Source: Thalia democratica (Eukaryota). From it: a stretch of DNA of 64,000 nt. The notes beneath the pieces are model-generated. The model was not told the DNA's origin. It made no database searches and saw nothing but the letters and a program-made list of their open reading frames with translations. Each line of letters opens with the position of its first letter. Positions within the stretch are counted from its first letter, which is position 1. Below are positions 1-10,200 of this stretch, in pieces. The translations under genes and the position numbers were made by a program. The stretch is from assembly GCA_965202585.1 (NCBI GenBank), contig OZ241834.1, positions 32,426,001 through 32,490,000 on the forward strand. The letters are read 5' to 3'.

Positions 1-1348
1 ACAAGCGGGCTTAAGTACGAAGTACTGAAGCGATCGTTTGTGGGTAAAGTTGAAAAAATGACACAGCTAAATCATTCACAGCCCAACGTCTCAGACATTG
101 TCAGCTTGTTGTGAGATTGTAGTCTGCGCTCGTTTGATCAGTTTTAGCCAGTATTTATTTCGGCCATCATCAACGAAGTTGAGATGTTTTATGCCATCGA
201 TAATAAACAATGAACTTTACCGCAAGATCAACAACAACAGCATCCGAGACAATCCTACGACCGGTTTCGTCCTTATTAGGACTCATCAGGCAGGAATAGT
301 CGCGAGAAACCGCTATTGTGATCTTAAACAAGCGGGCTTAAGTACGAAGTACTGAAGCGATCGTTTGTGAGTAAAGTTGAAAAAATGACACAGCTAAATC
401 ATTCACAGCCCAACGTCTCAGACATTGTCAGCTTGTTGTGAGATTGTAGTCTGCGCTCGTTTGATCAGTTTTAGCCAGTATTTATTTCGGCCATCATCAA
501 CGAAGTTGAGATGTTTTATGCCATCGATAATAAACAATGAACTTTACCGCAAGATCAACAACAACAGCATCCGAGACAATCCTACGACCGGTTTCGTCCT
601 TATTAGGACTTATTAGGACTTATAAGGACGAAACCGGTCGTAGGATTGTCTCGGATGCTGTTGTTGTTGATCTTGCGGTAAAGTTCATTGTTTATTATCG
701 ATGGCATAAAACATCTCAACTTCGTTGATGATGGCCGAAATAAATACTGGCTAAAACTGATCAAACGAGCGCAGACTACAATCTCACAACAAGCTGACAA
801 TGTCTGAGACGTTGGGCTGTGAATGATTTAGCTGTGTCATTTTTTCAACTTTACCCACAAACGATCGCTTCAGTACTTCGTACTTAAGCCCGCTTGTTTA
901 AGATCACAATAGCGGTTTCTCGCGACTATTCCTGCCTGATGAGTCCTAATAAGGACGAAACCGGTCGTAGGATTGTCTCGGATGCTGTTGTTGTTGATCT
1001 TGCGGTAAAGTTCATTGTTTATTATCGATGGCATAAAACATCTCAACTTCGTTGATGATGGCCGAAATAAATACTGGCTAAAACTGATCAAACGAGCGCA
1101 GACTACAATCTCACAACAAGCTGACAATGTCTGAGACGTTGGGCTGTGAATGATTTAGCTGTGTCATTTTTTCAACTTTACCCACAAACGATCGCTTCAG
1201 TACTTCGTACTTAAGCCCGCTTGTTTAAGATCACAATAGCGGTTTCTCGCGACTATTCCTGCCTGATGAGTTCTAATAAGGACGAAACCGGTCGTAGGAT
1301 TGTCTCGGATGCTGTTGTTGTTGATCTTGCGGTAAAGTTCATTGTTTA
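1..1348. repeat. 327-bp tandem repeat array arranged as a fold-back inverted repeat (left arm 1-603, right arm 622-1348)
   Basis: The unit start acaagcgggcttaagtacg recurs at 1 and 328. The right arm is the reverse complement with the same 327-bp period (ORF copies at 98/425 on + and 800/1127 on -). The repeat stops abruptly at 1348, where AT-rich unique DNA begins. Confidence 0.95.
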
Positions 1349-1635
1349 CTATATATACTTTGAAAGAATAAATATTTTAAAAGAAACCTTTTTATATAAC
1401 ATACAAAATATTGTTGTGCGTTTTAAACTTATTATTTTTACACAATTAATATAAATAATGATCATAACAGTTAGAATTAATCCCTTAAACAACTATTATT
1501 TCTTTAAGTAGTCCTTTTACGGACGTAGTGTTTTTGAGTCGTTTATTGTTAAACACAATTACTATAAATAACTAAAAAAGCCTAGCAATCAACATTTTAG
1601 TTTACCTTCTTTATCATGAAAACTTTCTGTCAGTA

Positions 1636-2125
1636 TTAATGCTGCCGCGATGAAAAACCCTTCAAAAAAGTTCCGTTCGCGCTGCCGAGGTCGACTACTA
1701 AATGTCGAAAGACCTTTTTCTCAACATCGGGGGGTTTCTCTGCACTGGACTAGAACACGGTGTGCATTGATGGGTGATCAAATTGGAAGACCGCAAGTCC
1801 TGTAATTTCTTCCCGCCAAAAAAGCGCCTGCCGGTGCATGTGAATAGGCTTCAAATGTTCCTCGCCTTTGGGAATTTTACGCTCATTCCTTTCACTGTCA
1901 CTCGTTTTTCAACTTTATTCGTTCTTCAACGCAACCTCTTAAAATTCCCTCAAATCGTTATTCGTGCACTAAATCTGCTCGCTTTCTGTGTAAACAATGT
2001 AGTGGGGTTTGAATTGTTTATTGCCTATGATATCGACGCCTATGTGAGTGTTGGCGTCAGCAGTGAGGTTTCCACCCAGACCAAGATTTGACTTCTATTT
2101 CTACTCATTTTCGAGCGAGGATGCT
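1636..2125 (-). pseudogene. SNIP1: Decayed SNIP1 (Pml1)-like FHA-domain pseudogene
   Basis: Manual minus-strand translation gives K*KSNLGLGGNLTADANTHIGVDI ... DSERNERKIPK-GEEHLKPIHMHRQ (shift) AFLAGRNYRTCGLPI (shift) DHPS-MHTVF* ... VVDLGSANGTFL-KGFSSR. This is colinear with SNIP1 as I recall it (KEKPSFELSGALLEDTNTFRGVVI / YSEPPEARIPK / HRQSAYLLGR / DHPSCSKQHAVFQ / IIDLGSGNGTFL / FGFSSRE). It carries stops, frameshifts and internal deletions. Confidence 0.85.
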
Positions 2126-2323
2126 TTTTCACTGCTGATTGTGTTGATTTAAATATCGTTTTTGTCACGTCATATTTTCCGGTGGCTGGATTTAAACCAA
2201 ATTAGTATAGAGTTTGAAAAGTATATTAAAAAAAAATTTTTACAGGTTTTTACTTGGAAAAACGTTACAAAACCGCTAACATGTTTTAGGAGTGTACTTA
2301 GTTTAAAATTAATTAATATGCAT

Positions 2324-2629
2324 CAGGGTTCCCTATGGTGGCCATGAGCAGCAACGGGGCTATAGGGGGCCATGAGGTCAAAATTTGAAACTAACTAGTT
2401 TACTTAGAAAACTATTTACACCAAGTTTTTTGTACTTCAGGTCCTTGGACCAAACTTTTTGAGCGTATTTTTTGTCGTTTAATAAACAATTTATAAACTA
2501 GGTATTCTCGAGTTGACGGTGAAAAGCAAAAAAAAGGTCTTCAGCGTATTTAACATTAGTATTTTGAGAAATGCTGTTGTTTTCTACATTCTTTCAAAAG
2601 GGGCTTATTAAAAAGTTTTGGAGGCCCTG
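2324..2629. mobile_element. Possible old hAT-type MITE
   Basis: Ends CAGGGttccc / ggaggCCCTG (7/10 inverted match), flanked by atatgcat (2316-2323) and aaatgtat (2630-2637), a 6/8 match to an 8-bp TSD. Confidence 0.35.
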
Positions 2630-5600
2630 AAATGTATGGTGCAGCATGGTTAATACCTTTTTATTAATGTTTTATAGTATGAAATCATGCTTATTATAAA
2701 CAGCCTTTGTTTTAGTAGTTATAGTTCAACTAAAACAGTGTTGCAGATTTTAAACAGTATTTGTGGAGTACCCTGAATTAAAACTCACAATACTTTGTTC
2801 AACTGTTGCTTTGTCACCTCATGTTTTCTGAAGTATCAAAAAAATTCTTAAAATTGATTGAGCACTTTGCATATACTAAAAAATGCTAAAAGTGTAACAA
2901 TTATTTTCAGTTGTAAGTTTTCTTTTTCATAGGCAGCCGCTATAAATTTGAAAATAGTAAACTGATTTTATAGTTAATTTGCAACCAGTTAATAAAAATT
3001 TGAACCAAAATTTAAAGCAGCTTTTTATTTTCTATATTTTTGTGTTTTATAATTAAATCACCTACTTTGTAAATCCATTGTAAATAAAGGTACTTTAACT
3101 CACAAAGTGGAATGTTTAAAAAGATACTGATGACAAAAACAACAAAGAAGTTTTTTTTTACTATCATAAACTTTTATTAAATCATTCTATAACTTTTGTT
3201 TGTTTTTATTTGTTTTTTGCGTAGTAGCTATTTTAACTACGTTTTCAGCTAGTATAGCTTACTTTTTATACTTGTTTCAAATAGCACAGTAATCAAAAGG
3301 TTTATACACACAAAAACACTAACCTGGGTTGCAAAAAACAGTTGAAAGAACAATACAAAGTGTTAATGTTAACTTCATGATATTCTAGTTGTAGCAACTG
3401 TAAAATGTAATAGTTACTGACAAATTTTTGTATTAACTTATTGCTTCATGAAGTAGGCACAAAAAATCTTGCCCACAATGTATAAGATTGCTAGAGTTAT
3501 TTTTATGTAGGTGTAAAACTTTTTGCTTTTTGATATTTTTGTTATTCTGTTTTTTATATATTTAGAACCGCATTAAATTATAAATTTGTAGTTTAATTAA
3601 AGTACTTTTTGTAATATGCAACTTATTTTAGGGCTACTAGCTCTACAAAAGCAGCAATAAAAAATCTTCTATAAAATGTGAGTCTTTAACAAAATTTAAA
3701 ACACTAAATTGCTAGGCTTAATAGTACTATATTTTCTATGTAATAATATACACTTTAAACAATACTAGCAAATAATAAGTGATTAAAAATTCAAATGAAG
3801 ATATTAACATTGTTTCTGAGAAAAGTAGAGCTTATATTTCAGCAATGGTTTAAAACAATAAATTATCCACAGCGTTAAATTCAGTAGAAAGACAAAACTG
3901 GATTTTTTTGAAATCTAAAAGATCCTTAGAACATACTAATAAAAGGATTTTAAGGTTTTTCAATTAATTTTTTGTAGAATCAAAGCAGAATATTGATATA
4001 TAAAATTAAACCTTTGGCATTTTATTTCGGAAAACTTTTTAGCAGTTAGATTTTATTTTTACTACACTTAGGAATCGTATTATTTTACTTAAGCTCTTCA
4101 AGTTTAAGCATAAGCTACTTATTAAAAACTTTAATGTTCTACATAGTTATACAAATATTAAAAAAAAGGTAATTAAATTTTGTTTTATTTGAAGAATTAA
4201 AATATTAATAACTGTAATATTATTAACAAAAAATTAACTTCGAACAAATATTTATTGAAAAAGTTACTTGGCATATATACAATTTAAAGTCAAAAACATT
4301 GAATTAGCCTAGATGAAGTGTATAAAGCTCAATGAATAAAATATATTTTTATACATCAGGTCCTTTGACCATACTTTTGGGTGTTAATTTAATTTTGCGT
4401 TCATAACTTATTTTAATCTGTTGGTCTTGTTCCTTTTAATAAAGTCTTAGTAAAACTTTAAAAATAAATGGAAACTAAATAAATATATGTTAACTACTTA
4501 AAGATCTAATAGGTCGTTTTTTTAGCAAACAAGTTACAACTATTAGGTTACTACATAACAAGCAAACTAATGAATTTTTATTTCTAATTCTGAAAACAAA
4601 TTATGGAAAATAAAAGTTTAGCCAACCGCTAAAAATTTTTTTGTAGAGATATAATAAAAACATTTTGAGAAAAAAAGTTCTCTTTAAATGAAGCAGTGAC
4701 CTATAATCGTTTTCTTACACCCAAACTTATAACATAATAATAATATTCAAAAAAAGTAAAATGTTGTTACTATATAATTGTGTTATTTGTTCGAACTGTT
4801 CACAAAAAAGTCAAGCTTGCATTAGCCTAATTGCATTCAGATTAGCTTGACAAAACTTAAATGATTTATGTATAGAAAACTTTAACTTTAAAAAGTTTAT
4901 CTAAGGGTAGGCCTATGTCATGGTTTTTGATATGAGGAGTTTTTGCTATGAAAAATTAAACACTTAAGTAAAAACAATTACTAAAAATATAAACATTTTT
5001 GTTTATGATACTAAAAAAGTTACCAACAAAAATAGTATGTGTGCCAATAACATGCTTAGTGACTCAATTTAAGTAATAAAATGTTTGATCTCTAAAGAAC
5101 TCTGATTAATTTTTATTTTACCGTAAATTAAGCAATATTTTTAGTTAGACAATTAAGTAAAAACAAGAATATAAAATTATAAGGTTTTAAAATAAGTTAA
5201 ACTTACATAAAAACCGACAAAATAATCAAAATATTACAATAAAGTTTTATGGTATGAACAAAATTTTAAAATGTTTTATGTTGAGCTACTTTGTTAAATT
5301 TTTCTATATTAAATATTGTTGTTTATTATTTTTACTGAAGAGCATAGACGTTTCACAGAAGATATGTACAACAAAATATAAATTTGGTTAAGTTGGGTAT
5401 AGTTTTAAAAAATTTAAAATTTTAAAACAGTTTTTACTTAAATCATAAATAAGTAATATCTAATTTAATAATAAAGGTATAAGTTCTATGAGAAGAAATT
5501 CAGAGTAAAAAAGAATAAAAAATACTTTTGAAAGTCTAGCTTAAGTTATCAATTAAATGTTTTGAAAAAAAAAATTCGAATTTTAGAAAGTTTACTTTGT

Positions 5601-7263
5601 TAGAATAAACAATAAAGTATATCATAAGCACTGTCTGTAACTGCTTTATATAAGATAAAAGTTCTGTTAACGTATGTATTTAGTTCTTATGTTAAAATGA
5701 TTGAAGTTTATTTTGTTAGTCAATTAAGACATACTTGTCTATAATAATTTTATAGATTTGCGAATTTTCTTTAAGTTGACTTGTATCTTAATATTATTTT
5801 TTTACAAACTTGCTTATTAGCTTAAGATTAAAAACTAACTGTAAAGTTTTAAATAACAGGAAATGTTTTAATACACTTATTTTTTAACAATTAGTTGTTT
5901 GAATAAGTTTATTAAAACGATTACTAACAACAGTATATATTTTTTCGTTTCATAGAATATTTAATATGTACTTGCAAAACTATAATGCTGAAAAATTTAA
6001 AATACAGATAAATATAAGAATGTTTCAACTGAAATATCTTTGTCTTGATTCGTTAAAAAAAAATTTTGGTTGAAAAATATAAATTGAAAAGAACAGAACA
6101 TTATAAGGCTTGAAGTGTTTTCCTACATATTATTTGCTATATGTTAAACATTAGAGGCTTTAGATGACATGTAAACTGCTTGCTGTATGTTCCCGTTAAC
6201 TGTTTTGTTGGTCATCACATTTCTCTGCTGAAAAATTTTGTTTGTTTACAGCTGTCTAAAGTTTAAAATTAAAAGCTGTTGAAAAAACATTATTAAACTA
6301 CAAGTATTTGTTAACAACTTTTTAAATTAATTCTGTTGGTTTGTTCTTGTTACACGTTATATTTTATTTTTTGTCTAATAACGCTAGTTTTAGTTAAGTA
6401 TTAAACATTTTTTAATTGCTATGGTTTTTTAGAATTTTTTCTGGTCGTGAGTATTTTTTTGTTGTATAATAATTGACATTTACATTCGAAATACTTTTAA
6501 ATATCACAAAGGTTTATAATTGAAAATTATTATAGAAAACTTGAGTATTTCTTCTTATCAAGGCGGCAGGCACTCCTTAAATTGCTATCATTATATTTTA
6601 AATGAAACATTAATTGTTCTTAGATATATTTTGAAGTAATTTACAGTTTTTTGATATTTATAAAGATAGATGAAGATTAGTTGAAAATAAAGTATTTGAA
6701 TTATTAAACCATTGAAAAAACAGCAAATGTAATTATCTAAAAACTGTTGCTTTGATATAAAACTTTTTACATTTTTTTCAAGTATTTACAAAAATAGTAT
6801 TTTTGTAAAATTGTAAACAACTAAATTTGTTTAGTTATTGTGATAATCAAATAATTAACAAAACAAAAGTCTACTATCAAACTAATGGTAGTAAAAGCAA
6901 AATAGAAACTAATGAGAAATTGTTTTTACTATGATGTAGCAGAGAGGTACTTGCATGAGAGTAAGTTAAGTTTGAACAAGACATGTTAAACACAAGTCCT
7001 TGTTTCTACACACTGATCTTGTTACGTGAGTTGTAAAATATTTCAAATACCTTTCAGAGCTCTTACAAATGTTTATGTTGTTACAAGAAAAGATAAATAT
7101 TTTTTTTATAAAACCAAACAATTACATCTTTAAAAAACTTGGAGCTCTGAGCTTAATTTTTTTGTAAGCTTTTATTATTAAACCAAAATTTTAAAATTAA
7201 AAATAAAATCTTTGTTTCTATTTTACAAACACTTTGCTATGTTATTTTTTGTAGTGTTAGTTT

Positions 7264-10200
7264 TTACTCAACTGATAACAGCTGTAAAAAAATAATAGAC
7301 TCTGGCATCCGCAGATTTAAGCAAAACAAAAAATATTATAAAAATGTGATGCTTACTTTGTGAAACCTTTGCATCCGTTGAAGTTTGGAGTGCTGATCCT
7401 GCATACTTCTGTTTTTGTCCACATCACTTTTGTTTCCTGATGGTTCCGATGTTTTGTTGGTACCATTTGAGAGGTTGTTTTCTGAGAATAAAGAATAAGG
7501 TAACTTTTTGTGTATTAATTCAACAACGTTTGTTTTTAAAGCCTAGGTTTTAAAAAACTGTGTAAAAACTTTGGTAAAATTATTGTTTTGAAAATTTAAC
7601 ACGGAATTATTTAGACACTCGTGATTTTTTGAGCATTGAAAACAACTTTGTAAGTTTATTGCAGCTATCAACTAGCCAACAAAAGAAATTTTTTTTTTGA
7701 TGAATATTTAGATATTTGGAAATATGTTATTTTTTGACTTGTTATAATTTCAAAATGTTATTTTTTGACTTGTTATCTAGTAATAGTCACCTGAGTACCC
7801 TGCCTGAGTTTTGTGCGCCCACTGCGGCTGCTGGTATGACGTCACGAAAGGTTGCTGCGACGTCACAAACGGCTGATGAAGCTGGCCCTGCGAGCGGTGG
7901 TGGTGGCTCATGCCGAACCTGCCCTGGTGCAGGAACGGCACCGCCGACTGCGACCTCTCAACCATGTGAACGGGAGTCTTTCTCCCCACCTGGCCCTCTT
8001 GCGCCACCTGGTGGTGGCCACCCAGCGGCTGCATCCTCCCCTTCATATGCGACCTCCTGGGGAGCGATCCCCCGTGGTAGCCTCCCCTCGGGTGGTGGAA
8101 GGTTTGAGGTTGGTTGTACGAAGGAGGGATCATCTGGTTGAACATGGGAGGCCTTTGTGACGTCATCAGCCTCTGTGACGTCATAGCGGAGTCGTCCATC
8201 GAGAGGGGGTGGGAGGGCAGCGAGTCCAGGGAGCTTGATTCGGAAGCTGAGAAAATTGTGATACTCAGCTTGTTTAGAAAAATAAAAAGGCGAAAAAATT
8301 TATAGTCAAGCAAACTAAAAGCTTTAAAAAAGGTATAAAACAAAATGAAAAAACAATTGATTTCTTAAAGTGGTCTGTAGTTTAATAAACCCAGACATTC
8401 GAACTGTTAGTAGTCACCTGTTAGATTAGAATGGTTCTGGTGTGCATCGGTGCCAATTTGCTTGTAACTTTTATGGAGCAACTCCTGCTGTCTCCTCTCG
8501 ATCATTTGGAGATGATCCGTTCTTCTCAACACCTTCTCTGCCATTTCTAACGCCTGAATGAAATATTGGGTTTAAAGTAAAGTTTAACTGAAGAGAAACA
8601 CTATGCAATTTCTGAGTAACAATTCACAAGCGTTTACAGTTTAGTTTAAAATGTTTAAGATAAGATAATTTGTCACTTAATCTAAATTCGTTGATAAAGT
8701 TACACAGCTAATGAATTTGCATTCAACAGATAATTGGTAGTACTGATAAGAAGTTTATTGTTTGATATCAACGCTCTTAAGTAAGTGATTCTTTAGTTTT
8801 AAATATTTTTTGTTATTTCAATTTCAAGGAGTAATCATAATGAAAATAGTTTTTTATTAAATCTGTATGTTTAACGTGTATTATTACTTGCTGTAATGTT
8901 AAAGTTTTAGCTTCTAGTTAAAAAACTCGAACATTTAAAAAGAATAAAACTTAAAAATTCAGATTTGGGTATTATGATGAATAACAATGATGAAAAGAAG
9001 ATTTTATTATGACGTGTTTATAGCATATACGGTTTTTGTTGTACAAAAAATCTTATTTAAATTAAAGCTTATTGTAAAAGTTAATAATTGTTGAACATAT
9101 TTTTAGCCAATCTGTATAAAACTTTTAGTTTGTGATATAGCAGAATATAGTCGTGCAAATGTCTTCTACTAATTCTCATAATTTTTTGGCAGAAATTTTT
9201 TTTTAATTAAGACACATTGCTTAATTATAAATTTTATATCACCAGCTGCAATAATAATTAAACTCTTTTGTTTTCAACAAATTTATATTTTGCAACTTAT
9301 GTTTGTTTTTCATGTCGTGCAAAGTTTAGAAAAGTTATAAAAAGGTTTTTCAATTATAGTATTTAAATATATAAAAAACAAAGCATCTAATCGTTCTCTT
9401 CCGTAACAAGATAACAAACTTTTACAAGCTTTTATATTTTTTGTTTATACGGTTTTAAAATATGCATTCAGATAATATCTTGATCATGCAATATCTATTA
9501 TGCTCCAAGTGCAAGTTAAAGCTCTTAAAGCTTGTTACAAAGCCTTATGCAGGAACCATTTAATTCTGATATGCAATGAACCTTTATAAACTTTTTAATG
9601 TAGTACTCTCTGACAAACCTCCTTCTTCTAAGCCACCTATACTCGACAGCCTGTAATTATACTTTATTCTTGTCTACCATGAGTTTACTTTAAATCTTTT
9701 GTGTTTCAGAGAGTTTATAAAAAAACTTATCTTGTAAACGAAAAAAAGTTGTTGCTACAAATTTCTATTTATCGTTTACCTAGTTTTATAACATCGTGTT
9801 AAACACAGCAACTTTCGATTTTAAATTTTGTTTAAATTAGACAAAAAAAAAACAGTTTTAGGACAAACGCAACTTACATAAACATCTTCTTAAACAAAAC
9901 TTTTAGATAAAATCCTGTACTAACAGTTGTAACTTGGTTTAATAAAAAGCTTGTCCAATTTATTTTGTTTAAGTTTTAATACGAAATTCGTATTAGGCTG
10001 AGTTGCAGCACTAAACTTATGTTCAATTTTATTAAAAAAACTTTTTTTTGTTTCATTTTGGCAAAACCAACTTGTTTAAATATGTGGCTTAAACATATAT
10101 AAAATAAACACTTGTTTAAACACTTAAACTACATTAAACACTTGTTTAAACCACATATTTAGTAGTTTATAAAAAAGAAGCTAAATTAATTAAGTTAAAA

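Noticed and set aside
1-1348. CRISPR-like array
   Set aside because: Whole 327-bp units repeat with no unique spacers, there are no cas genes, and the context is eukaryotic.
98-1454. Repeated ORFs MSACCEIVV.. and hybrids in the first 1.4 kb
   Set aside because: They are products of the satellite and palindrome, start at TTG, have no splice context and match no family I recognise.
1774-2091. + strand 105-aa ORF
   Set aside because: It is the antisense shadow of the SNIP1 pseudogene.
7716-8305. + strand ORFs 7716-8141, 7852-8160 and 8114-8305
   Set aside because: Antisense shadows of GC-rich exon 7791-8246.
10077-10162. 85-bp hairpin (taaatatgtggcttaaac / gtttaaaccacatattta) as pre-miRNA
   Set aside because: The stem is short and AT-rich with an internally repetitive loop; more likely a MITE remnant.
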